64,000 nucleotides of DNA from contig CM097888.1 of the NCBI GenBank assembly GCA_044892525.1, positions 84,568,001-84,632,000 of the forward strand, read 5' to 3'. Below, one piece after another: positions 12,996 to 24,970 of this stretch; the first letter of the stretch is position 1, and each line of letters starts with the position of its first letter. A program made the translations under genes and the position numbers. This stretch comes from Schmidtea polychroa (Eukaryota). The notes under the pieces are model-generated. The model had not been told where the DNA came from. It ran no database searches and worked only from the letters and a program-made list of their open reading frames with translations.

Positions 12996-15273
12996 ATGGA
13001 TAACCTTATTCCAGTTATAAATAAATTACACGACGTATTTAGCAGTATTGAAAAAGAAATAATAAAATTACCACAAATTGTAGTAATTGGATCTCAAAGT
13101 GCGGGGAAAAGTTCAGTTTTGGAAAATATTGTAGGACATGACTTTCTTCCTAGAGGTCCCGGAATAGTTACACGATGTCCAATTATATTACAACTTATAT
13201 ATTCTCCTATTAATAATGAAGGTGGGCCATCTGAATACGGGAAGTTTTTGCACACAAAAGAAAAAATGTTTGCTGATTTCATTGAAATTAAAGAAGAAAT
13301 AGAAAGGAAAACAGAAGAAATTGCTGGAAGTGGAAAAGTAAAATTCTAAATTATGTATTTAACTGGATAAGTATTTTAGTGTGTTGTAGATGATCCAATA
13401 AATTTGAAAATATATAGTCATAAAGTTTTAAATTTAACTTTAGTTGACTTACCTGGAATCACTAAATTACCAGTTCAAGATCAACCTGAAGATATAGAAG
13501 AAAGAATTCGAAATTTGTGTATTAAATATGGGAAACAGCAAAATTCTATTTTGCTATCGGTTTCAAGTGCAAATAATGATTTGGCAAATAGCGAGTCTTT
13601 GAAATTAGCAATGAGCTTAGATCCAGATGGTTAGCAATTTATTTAATTTTGTTTATATCAAAGTTAAATTCAGTAATTGTTAAAATAGATACTTAATTTT
13701 GTTATTTCAGGAGTTAGGACTTTTTGTATATTGACGAAACTTGATTTAATGGATGATGGTACTGATGCTAAAGATATATTAACTGGAAATACTAATATAA
13801 AAAATTTTAAATTGGGAGTTATTGGAGTTGTAAATAGATCCCAAGCTGATATAAACAATCGCAAAACTATATCAGAATCTCTCGAGAGTGAAGCACAGTT
13901 TTTTAGAAAACACTATCCATCGTTAGCAAATCAAAATGGAACTCCTTATTTATCGAAAAGATTGAATGAGGTAATATTAAAAAATTAATAGATAATATCG
14001 TTTAAAATTTTGATAGCTTCTGATGAAACATATTAAATCATCATTGCCAAATCTTAAAACGGAAATTAATATTAAAATTAAGCAATGTTTGCTTGAATTA
14101 CAAGCTTATGGAAACGAAGTTAAAAATAAAGTATTGGTATTATCTGAATATATTTTATGTCGTATTATTTTACTTAGAAAGAATTATTAATGGAAATTAT
14201 TACTCATTTTAATGCAGCTTACTGTAATGCAATTGATGGAAATTCTAAAAATATAAATACTTCAGAATTGTGTGGAGGTGCTAGAATAGGATATATATTT
14301 TATTCGATGTTTCATAAAACAATTGATGAAATCGATTCTTTGGGAAACTTAAAACCAAAAGCCATTTTAACTGCTATTCAAAACGCAAGTGGTCCTAGGT
14401 GTTCTTTATTTGTACCAGAATTGACTTTTGAATTACTTGTTAAAAATCAAATCTCCCGATTGGAAGAGCCTAGCTTAATTTGTATTGATTTGGTTTTAGA
14501 CGAAATGCAACGTATTATTCAAAACTGTGGAACTCATGTAAATTTTACTTGAAATTACATAAATTAATTATTTTCAGCGAGAAATGGCGAGGTTTCCTAA
14601 ATTAAGTGACAAAATTATAAATGTTGTGACTAATTTGCTTCGACAGAGGCATGAACCTACTAATGAAATGGTTTCAAATCTTGTAAAAATAGAATTAGCC
14701 TTTATTAATAACAAACATCCGGATTTTGATACTTCCGGAGCCTATGGTAAATCTATGGATCATCATGTTAAGCACACGCATAAAAAACTGCCACAGAATG
14801 ATATTAGCATACATGAAGCAATTTAAATTATTTTTAAAAATGACTTATAGATGTTTAGGATGAAATTAGTCGTCGTTATGAAAATATGAATGATAAAGAC
14901 ATGAGAGATTGCAAATTAATAGGTATTTCATAATATTAATAAAATAAATTTAGCTTCTCATTAGAAAATTTAATTAAAAGTTATTTTGATTTGGTACGAA
15001 AAACAATTAAGGATCTAGTTCCAAAAACTATAATGTGTTTTTTAGTAAATTATATTAAAGAAAATTTACAAGGGAAATTAGTGTTGGAAGTACTTAATGA
15101 ATCAGATATTGATGAACTTTTAGAAGAAAATGCTGATTATGCCCAACGTCGTAAAGAATTGAAAGATTTATTAGAAGTAAGAATTAATACTTTATTATTC
15201 TTTTATATTGAAATAGAATCTTCGAAAGGCCAATTGTATTATCAGTGAGATTCGTGAAACTCAATTACGATAA
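12996..15273 (+). CDS. DNM1L: Dynamin-related protein 1 (Drp1), 9 exons
   Basis: GTPase motifs [18 protein letters not shown] and TKLDLMD; middle domain ELCGGARI; [14 protein letters not shown]. Introns: 13338-13379, 13630-13710, 13971-14016, 14131-14177, 14538-14577, (14767 or 14818)-14858, 14923-14964, 15177-15216. Stop TAA at 15271-15273. Confidence 0.93.
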
Positions 15274-15580
15274 AAACCAATATGATATTTAGTGACTAAA
15301 ATAGTCGTTTAAAAATTTGTTTTTAATACAACTTCTGAATATTTGGATTATTACTTATGCGGACTTAATGAAGTAAATAAGAAAATAATTGCGTACATAC
15401 TTTTGAAAATTAATAGTTATCTTTTTATATATACTTATTTAAAATTGTAATAATAAATATTAGGTAAGATTTATTTAGTTTAATAATAAAATAATGTTTC
15501 CATGAGAAATTTTCATATATGTAAGTTTTGTCATTTCATACACATGTTTAAAATTATATATGATCTTTTATGGCATAGAC

Positions 15581-17872
15581 CAGTGGTTCCCAACCTATTT
15601 TGGCCTAGGGCCACTTTGTTTAGGTGGAGGACACGAAGGGCCAAAATTTTTGAAACAACAAAAAACGGCGAAGAAGAAACCTTATTGTGAGTTAATACCC
15701 TAGATGAAAAAAACCAAGATACTTTTTTTATATGACATAATTTACAATAATATTTTACAATTGGCAAATTCCTGATTAGTAACTTTAGTTTGGTAAATTA
15801 ATTTACAGAGATAAATATTGGTTTTTAACTTTTATAAAGAAACTGTGGATTAAATAGAACACCAATAAAGTCCAGAGATAGTGATTTTCGAAATAAATCA
15901 TTATCATAGTTAAAATATATTTATAATTTCAATAAAAATATTCACAGGCATTTGGATTTAATGTGAATTTTGTGGCTGAATACTAGAAGCCAGTTTTTCA
16001 ATGTCAGGTTGAAGTTTAGTTGTTGCCAGAATCATAAGTCCATTCAAGTTCGAATCAGTAAGGCGTGAACGATTCTTGCTTTTAATCAATTTCATTGCAG
16101 AAAATGACTGCTCGCATCTGTATGTGCTACCAAAACGACAAACATAACGTTGTGCAAAAGATCGCATATGTTCAAAGTCACTCTCTGGGAACAGGTTCCA
16201 TAATGATATCATATCATCTGCAGTTGGAATAACCGGAAGCTCGGTGAATCGACTTTTCAAAACTGAGTTACACTTCAGATCTATAATTTCAAGTTGCAAA
16301 TTCTCATCTAGGCAGTTGATCCTTTTGTCTGGAAAGTTGAAAGGATTGGTAAAAAGAGCCACATTGTCAGACTGATCTGCAAATTCACTGAATCGTGACT
16401 GAAAAGCTGTCAAAAGTTCGACAACCATACACCTATATTTGTCTTCATCAAAGTCATTACCTGTCATCCTTTCTTTCATGTTTCAAACAGATTGTTACTT
16501 GCTTGCAACTTCAAATTTAGATTGTTGAGATGCCCTGTAATGTCCACCAAGAATGCTAAATCATTCAGCCATTCATTATTTGAAAGATATTCACGTTCTA
16601 TAGGCAACTCATTAATTTCCGCCAAAAATTCCAAAATACTTCCTTTTAAATCCCAGAATCGCGACAGAACTTTACCTTTTGACAACCATCTGACCTCACA
16701 GTGCAGAAGAAGTTCACCATATTCAGCATCTAATTCTGAAGTAAACTGTCTAAATTCTCGCCTATGCAATGATTTTGCACGGATTTTGTTCACACACTTC
16801 ACTACTACATCCATAACGTGCTTCATATTCATGGATTTCCCACAAAGCGACTCCTGGTGAATAATGCAGTGATATTTTAAAAGTGGACGAGCAAGAAATT
16901 TTTCGAGCAAAGACAAACATCCTACATGTCTACCTGTTAGAGCTGGTGCACCATCTGTGCAAATGCTATCCAACCTTTTCCAATCCAATTTATTTTTTTC
17001 TGCGCATGATTTTAAAACCTCAAACAAATTTGTGCATTTGGTTGTCCCTTGTATGGACTCAAGTCCAAGCAGCTCTTCGATAACCTCGAAAGTATTACTC
17101 ACCGCGCGAATAAAAATTGTTACCTGTGCTTTCGCTAATGTCAGTTGACTCGTCCATTGCAAGTGAGAAAAACTTGCAGTTTGATGCGTGAAATGCAATT
17201 TGCTCACTAACGTTATTAGCAAGTTCCTCAACCCGTCTTCTCATTGTATTGTTCGATAGTGGAATATCTTTAAAATTGGCTTCAATGTTTTTTTCTCCTA
17301 GCATTCTGGCGGCTATTTCAAGAACTAGCTTCACAATCTCTTCTCCATCAGTAAAGGGTTTCTTCTTCTTTGCCAAAAGAAGTGCCACTTCATACGATGC
17401 AATTACCATACTTTTGTTTTGCTGTAATATAGCAGTAAATAAGGATTGTTGGACATTCATTCCTTTCTCCTTCTTGGCGATAAATTCCCTTCGTAAATCA
17501 GAGGCCATTGGATATTGATCGACCAAATCTGCATGGCTACTGTTGAAATGTCTTTCCATATTATATTTCTTTACAACTGAAACGCTTGAGCTCGCTTTTT
17601 AACCAAATTAGATAATTAAAAGAATTTATAAAAAAATCAGAAGATTGAAATAAAATCAGATTATTGATGAAAACCAAGCAAAATTAATCGATACACAATT
17701 CTTTTATTATAAAATTGGCATCTGGTTTTATCATGGTTTTATCATGGTTTTAAACGAAGTTCAAGACAAACTTTTCCCAAAGAAGGTGTGAATGTGAATT
17801 TTTTCTTAGTTTTCTTTGTTGAGGAGAGGGCCACTTTTTTATGCCCGGCGGGCCACGGGTTGGGAACCATTG
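15581..17872 (-). mobile_element. hAT transposon (Buster/SPIN/Charlie-like), 2292 bp
   Basis: TIRs CAGTGGTTCCCAACC / CAATGGTTCCCAACC and a perfect 8-bp TSD GCATAGAC (nnnTAnnn) at 15573-15580 and 17873-17880. Confidence 0.95.
15958..17580 (-). pseudogene. hAT transposase, frameshifted, N-terminal zinc finger truncated
   Basis: Motifs FSLAMDESTD, CTDGAP, HCIIHQ, HCEVRWLS and STYRCEQSFS are split over three ORFs. Confidence 0.92.
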
Positions 17873-19339
17873 GCATAGACTCATCGATTGATTTTTGCAA
17901 TCCTAGCATGTGTTGTGCAGAGAACCAAACTTCTTTTAAAACCTTTTTTCCTCCTTGTTTTAACTTAATAATCCAGAGACAACTTAGAGAACTCACATAG
18001 TAAAAATATCAAATAAAATAAAAATAATTAAAAACAAGAATAATAAACGCAAGCAGTTGTGTAGGAAACACATTTTAAAGGCAAGGAAGTAACAAAATTT
18101 GCAAAAAAAATACTTTTATTTATTAAATAAAATTAGTATAAAAAGGCGATCATTCAACAAAGCAGAAAGAATAATTAATTTAAATTAAAAAGAATAAAAC
18201 CAACACACAACCTCGATGGTGATTGGTTGAAAACAAAAATAGTTTGCAGTGAACTATAATGTAAAAAAAATCAATACATGTATATTATATAAACATACAA
18301 ACTTACCTGTTTTGATTTTTATCGTTGCAATGAACAAAATAATTTAATATAGAAAGTGGTAGAAAAAATAAACTGACATACACAACATAGTAAAAAATGC
18401 ATGCACAATTTCGATATGTAGAATCGTTGTAATGAATAAACGCACTATAATAAATCATTTACAGAAATAGATAATGAAGACATTATTTCGTAAGATTTAT
18501 CTTCAATTTTTAATAAATTTAATATTAGTTATTTTAATCGAACATGACAAAATTCGACAAATTAAAGCCTTTGAAAATGTTGATAAAAAGTATTACCACC
18601 GTTCCACAATAGTTGCTACATTTGGATACTTTTGGTCTGATTATTGAAAATGTATGCTATTTGGGTAATTTTCATAAAGTTTTGCTATATTTGTACTGTA
18701 TCCATTATTTTCTAAAAGTGCAAATTTAAGAAAAAAATTATTTAGTTAAAAAAATAAATTAAATTAATTATTACTCACAAGAATGCACTTTTTTTGTTCT
18801 ACACTACTTGTCACATTTTGTCTTAGAGTGTGAATGCGCCTTGTTTGAAATTTGTGCGCGCGCATGCTCAGAAGGAATACTGAGTGTGATCTGTCAAATT
18901 TCAAGTTTTTGACAATAAATTCGTGTTTACTGTTAAGATCAGCTCCCTTTTGGGGTTACTCGTAATTTTTAAGAGTCTTTTAAACACATTTTTACTAATT
19001 ATAGATCAGGGATGGCGAACCTATGGCACGCGTGCCCAAAGTGGCACGCAGATAAATTTTCGCTGGCACGTATAATATTTTTCATTTTCATACATATGTA
19101 ATGTACTGACTAATCCAAATGCATTTTTGATATTGAAAAAATTGTGAACTCAATTCAAATTTAATGCATAAATTTTGTTATTTAAAAACGAACTTCCAGA
19201 TTTCTGGCGCCTTTATTCATAACGTTAAAATATAATTATATTATTTGCGTATGTAGGTATAGGTATGTACAAGTATGAACATGTAATTTTAAATATAAAA
19301 AAAATGTTAAAATGAATATAGTATGCTTTGGATTTTCAA

Positions 19340-19394
<55 letters not shown>

Positions 19395-19652
19395 TATTTG
19401 CATTCTCGCCAAAATTGAAATTCACTAATTCTAATGCAGTTCAGTTAAAAACTTTGTAAGTACGATTGAAAATTGTTTTAATATTTGCATTCTCGCCAAA
19501 ATTGAAATTCACTAATTCTAATTCAGTTCAGTTAAAAACTTTGTAAGTACGATTGAAAATTGTTTTAATATTTGCATTCTCGCCAAAATTGAAATTCACT
19601 AATTCTAATTCAGTTCAGTTAAAAACTTTGTAAGTGCGATTGAAAATTGTGT
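19340..19652. repeat. (TA)n tract followed by three tandem 87-bp units inside the hAT 5' region
   Basis: Unit AATATTTGCATTCTCGCCAAAATTG... starts at 19393, 19480 and 19567. Confidence 0.95.
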
Positions 19653-19783
19653 TTTCTTATTTTAGTATTATTTTTTGCTAAAAAAAAACTTATTTATATT
19701 TTTAGAAGACAATTATAATTGATTTCAAAAGGTAATTCATTAACAATTTTAATGATAAATAAATAATATGTTTCAACTTTAGA

Positions 19784-21696
19784 ATGTCAGAAAATAAGAA
19801 AAGGAAAACAGAGGCCAGCTCTAACAGACCATTTCAAGATTGGTGGACTGATAAATATGGAATGATGAAAAGCAATAACAATGCCCTGTGTGCGTTGTGT
19901 GGAAATACAGTAGTGTGCAGAACATCCTCAGTAAAACGTCATTATGAAACTACTCATTCATTTCTTTTATCTAAAAGTGATTCAGAACAAAAAGAATATA
20001 TTGCACGTGAAGTTAAAAATAAAAATTTCCAATCAAACTCATTCACTACATTTTTGAAACATACAAATTATTTAGTTGCTGCTAGTTTTGAGGTTTCCAA
20101 GACTATTGCTACTCATAGCAAACCATTTAGCGATGGAGATTATATTAAAGAAGCTTTCATTAAATGTGCACCACATTTATTTGAAGATTTTCAAAATAAA
20201 GAGCAGATACTTAAGCGCATTGAAGAATTAAGTATAAGTCGAAATACTGTTAAAGACAGGATATTAAAAATGCATAAAAATATTAATATTAAAAAAATAA
20301 ATGATATACGTTCAGCAAAGCTATTTTCTATATGTCTTGATGAAAGTACCGACGTAACATCTTCAGCTCGCTTGTCCATAATTGCTCGTTATGCTAAAGG
20401 AGAAAAAATAGTTGAGGAATTGCTTTCACTAGTTTCCTTATCAGCAAAAACAACTGGGAAAGATATTAGTGATGCAGTTATAAAAACGTTTCAAATAGCT
20501 GAGATAGATACATCAACAATAGTGTCAATTACAACTGATGGAGCTCCCTCAATGATAGGACGGCAAGCTGGTTTTGTATCTCTTTTTCAAGAACACGTTG
20601 GGCATCCAATTATTAATTTTCATTGTATAATTCATCAAGAAGTTCTATGTGCGAAGTCTGGATTGGCAGCATTTGATGATATTTTAAGTATTGTTTCCAA
20701 AATAATAAATTTTATAGCAGCTCGAGCTTTGAATAAGCGGCAATTTCAGTTGCTTCTACAAGAGGTAGGTTCAAATTATCATGGATTGTTAATGTATAAT
20801 CACGTACGCTGGCTTAGTAGAGGATTTGTGTTACAACGTTTTGTAGAATGTTTTGATGAAATTATCATGTTTCTTAATGATAAAAAACCGAATTTCCTGA
20901 ACTTTTTGATAATAACTGGATCACCAAATTAATGTTTTTAACGGATATTTCCAACCATTTAAATGAATTAAATATTAAATTGCAAGGTCCCGGAAAATCA
21001 ATTGATGTAATGTTCGATATTATTGAAGGTTTTGAGTCCAAATTAGTAATATTTAAACGCGATATTGACAACAATAATTTTAAGTATTTTCCTTTGTTGA
21101 AAGATCACCTTCAAAAATTTTCTATTCATGGAGTCTATGAAATTAATATAAATTTTTATAGCCAAGTTATAAGTGACATAAAAGACAATTTTGCTAATAG
21201 ATTTCAAGATTTCAAAAAATTTCAACCATTAATTAACTTTATTAAATATCCAGACAAGTTTGATATGGAAACTGCTAAAATTGATCAATTAGACTGGTTA
21301 CAGTTGGAGAATTTAGAAATGCAGTTGGCAGAGTTTCAATCAAGTTCTATTTGGAAGCTGAAATTTATAGAGTTAAGGCAAAAAATAGAAAATAATGAAA
21401 AAAAAAGATTAAATGAAGAAGAATACGAAAACATGAATAATATGTTGTTGAAGACATGGTGTTCGCTCCCAGAAACATTTAATGCGATGAAGAAATTGTC
21501 TTTAGCTATTCTAACAATATTTTCATCAACGTATAGCTGTGAAAGTCTATTTTCGATTATGAATAATATAAAATCTGATGTACGAAACAGACTTACCGAT
21601 GAATGTGGGGAGGCTTGTATTTCATTAAAATTGTCAAACTATGATCCGGATATTGATGCATTATCGAGAAATATTCAGCAACAAAAATCCCATTAA
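19784..21696 (+). pseudogene. hAT transposase with a single frameshift near the A-run at about 20882-20887
   Basis: CALC...RHY zinc finger, CLDESTDV, TTDGAP, HCIIHQ, VRWLSRG and STYSCESLFS. ORFs 19784-20932 and 20932-21696 join by one frameshift, which could be a homopolymer sequencing error. Confidence 0.9.
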
Positions 21697-21813
21697 AAAA
21701 CATGTCAGCATATTATAGAAATGAATCTATATATAATTTTTAAAAGCATGTATTTTCATTTAATAAAAATAATTTGTATTGGCACGCAGTCAAAAAAAGG
21801 TTCGCCATCCCTG

Positions 21814-23249
21814 GTCTTGAGCCTCTTAATTTCTATGGCATTCCCGGTATGTCATGGGCCTCAGCGCTTATGACATTAACGGAACCTATTGAACTTTTGC
21901 AGGACATGGAAATGTTTAATTTCTATGAAGGAGGGATACGGGGTGGGTTAACATTTGTTAACAAACATTATGTTGCTAGTTCTGAAGACACTAAACTCTT
22001 GTACATAGATATTAATAACTTGTATGGTTGGGCCTTAAGCCAAAATCTGCCTTATGCTGACTTTGTATGGGTGTATGATGATTTGGATATTATACTTTCT
22101 GAATGTGTGAATGATGATATTGATAACCTTCCATATGGGTATACTATGGAAGTTGATATCGATATACCCGAATGCTTGCATGACTTCCTTAATGACTTTC
22201 TTATTGCTGCGGAAAAGATGTGTCCACCGAACTCCAAAGTCGAGAAGCTGATGCTCACGCATTGGCCAAAGAAGAACTATGTTCTTCATTGGAGACTTCT
22301 TAAACTTTATCTTTCACTCAATGTGACGGTGGTTAAAATTTATAGAGCAGTTAAATTCACGCAAGCACCCATTTTTAAATCGTACATTGATAAAAACACA
22401 ACATTAAGAGCACAATCCACCAGTGAGTTATATAGAGATTTGTTTAAGCTTTATAACAACAGCTTATATGGGAAATCCGTTGAGAACTTAAAGAAAAGAA
22501 TGAATTTGAGGCTATGCAATTCAGCTGAAAAGATGATTGTATATGCCTCAAAGCCAACTTTCAGAAAATCTATCAAAATTGCTGATGATCTGATTGTGGC
22601 TCATCTGGATAAAGATTCTATATGTTTAGACAGGCCTAGCTATATTGGTCAATCAGTACTAGATTTGTCTAAACTAAGAATGTATCAACTACAATATGTG
22701 GAATTGGCCAAGTACAGGTCTAAATTTAATTGTGATATAAATATCGTTGCCGGTGACACTGACTCCTTTTTCTTAGAGATAAAGCATTGTAAGCTTGACA
22801 CTCTTTTGCCGGCAATGATTCGTGATAATCTTTTAGATACTAGCAACTATGACCCAACACATCCCTTATACTCTAGAAACCTTGATTCTGTGATAGGGAA
22901 GTTTAAGGATGAGAGTAAAGGTTTAGGGTATAAGGAATGGGTTTTCTTAAGACCTAAGTGTTATAGTTTGTTAGGGGATAAAGATCATTTAAAAGCAAAG
23001 GGAGTTCAGCTTGGTAATACTGAGATATGGCATCAGTCGTATTTAGACTGCTACAACAACAGCGTAGTATATACGGTGCCACAAACGAGAATAGGAACAC
23101 GCAACAACCAGCTCTTTACTTTTAAAAATAATAAAATAGCCTTGTCGAACAACGATGACAAGCGCCTTTGGGTGGGTCCTAATACCAGTCTCGCATATGA
23201 ACATTATTTAGGAGTCGATGTTCCAGATGTTGATCAAGTAATTTCATAA
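21814..23249 (+). pseudogene. Protein-primed family B DNA polymerase (Polinton/adintovirus type), 5'-truncated
   Basis: GIRGG, YIDINNLYGWAL, KLYNNSLYGKS, AGDTDS, GKFKDE, LRPKCYS and KAKGV motifs. It begins exactly at the hAT right TIR; the exonuclease half is missing. Confidence 0.92.
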
Positions 23250-23458
23250 ATTCGTCCACTTTTTAGCGGAATGAGTCCAGATTTCAATGATGATGACAAT
23301 GAAGCCAATGATGCCAATGATATTGATATAGATGACGTATTGTTATCGAATTGATCTGTGATTCAATATATCTTTTAATGTCTTAATTTATTATGAAAAC
23401 TAATAATAATTTTGTAAATCTTAATAATAATAATAATAATGAAAATAATAATAATAAT

Positions 23459-24473
23459 TGTTTCGACCAGTCAGAGGGGGATTGCCTCTGACTGGCATTT
23501 ATTTGGTTTTTGTCTATCGCGTCTGTGTGCGCGGTCTGGTTAGACCGAATATTGTTGGTGTGCGCACACAGACGCGAGCAATGGATTGAATTGGTGGTGC
23601 AGTAAATTGTTAATTTTTATTGATTTTTTTTATGTATTGTTGGTAGAAATTCGAGAATTGGTTTTTGTTTTAAAAAAGGGAAATTCGAGAAGTTTTGTTT
23701 CGTTTGGTTTCAAGAAAATTTGGTGGTTTTTTAAAATTTTGAATCGTTTAAAAATTGGATGAAGTTCCTTGTTAAAATGGCTTCAAGTGTCAAATGTGAT
23801 CCTTCTTATTTCGATGAAACCAGTGAATTCATTGAAAATGGCAGAAAATTTAGTGGAGTATTGGTTCACTATCTTGCTGGAATCTCAAGTAGTGGAATTA
23901 TTTTGACGGCTTATTTAATGAAACATTTTAAAGTTGGTCCAAACGATGCGATTGAGACAATTAAGGAAAAGTCATTTAATATGTCCAAATGATGGATTCA
24001 TGAAACAATTAAAGATATATTTCAACATGAATTGCAGTGATGAAATCAACAAATGCGCAAATACAGTTTCTCAAGCTCAATTTAAGTTATCAGCATCTTC
24101 AAAAGATTTAGTTCAATTCAAATGTAGAAAGTGTCGATTTTTATTATTCGACAATTCAAGTGTTGTTGAGCACAGTAAAATGAAAGCTTCGAAAGCAATA
24201 AATGAAAGCACAATTTGCAATGAGGAAATACTTATCGAAGCTCTTCCTTGGATTGATAGCAGCAATGCAGACGGGGAAATGAAAATGACAGTGTTAAAGA
24301 ATAAAATTTTAATGATTTATTTGGATCTTATTCATGGTAGCAGAGCGTGGTTCCGGCTAGCCAGCCGGAACAAGGTAATAGATGATTGTATAATGTATTT
24401 TTTGTATTTACGTGATTATTTTGTGAATTATTTTATGAATTATAATATGTGTTATATTTTTATTGTTGAAACA
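23459..24473 (+). repeat. Putative 5' LTR (TGTTTC...GAAACA) including an embedded DUSP12 fragment
   Basis: Terminal inverted hexamer TGTTTC/GAAACA. Only the first about 320 bp are confirmed by the 3' copy, and no canonical TGG PBS follows 24473. Confidence 0.55.
23782..24285 (+). pseudogene. DUSP12: Intronless dual-specificity phosphatase 12 (YVH1-like) fragment
   Basis: [22 protein letters not shown] (HCxAGxSRS with C>Y and R>S), [22 protein letters not shown]...VVEH zinc-binding domain. One frameshift; C-terminus truncated. Confidence 0.85.
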
Positions 24474-24519
24474 TTTCCCCTAGGGCCTGCCCTCCCTAAC
24501 CCCATTAGAGGTGGATTGG

Positions 24520-24970
24520 CGCGGGTATTTGTCAAAATAATAACAGGGAAGACAATTACTCTCGAAGTTGAATCTAGTGACACGATAGAAAATGTTAAAG
24601 CGAAAATACAAGATAAAGAGGGTAGTCCACCTGACCAGCAACGATTAATTTGCGCGGGAAAACCATTAGAAGATGAGCGAACATTATCTGATTATAATAT
24701 TCAAAAGGAGTCTAATTTGCGTTTAGTTTTGCGATTGAGGGGTGGAATGCAAATATTCGTGAAGACACTGACAGGAAAAACAATAACTTTGGAAGTAGAA
24801 TCAAGTGATACTATTGAGAATGTAAAGGCTAAAATTCAAGAAAAAGAAGGGATACCCCCATGGCGACAAAGACTTAATTTTGCCGGGAAAGTATTAAAAG
24901 ATGGCCTAACGTTGTTAGATTATAACGTTAGGAAAGAAGCCACGGTACATCTGGTTTTGGGTCTGGCAGG
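24520..24970 (+). CDS. Two tandem ubiquitin units, in frame with downstream BEL Gag
   Basis: Unit 1: [33 protein letters not shown]...LVLRLRGG. Unit 2: [11 protein letters not shown]...HLVLGLAG. The ORF continues without a stop into Gag. Confidence 0.95.

Larger units (their letters stand above)
19007..21813 (+). mobile_element. hAT transposon (Buster/SPIN-like), 2.8 kb
   Basis: Perfect 15-bp TIR CAGGGATGGCGAACC at both ends plus subterminal GGCACGC repeats. Flanks TTATAGAT / GTCTTGAG do not match. Confidence 0.92.

Noticed and set aside
17873-18800. Multi-exon minus-strand membrane-protein gene (GTAAGT and GTGAGT donors seen)
   Set aside because: A stop-free spliced ORF could not be assembled by hand.
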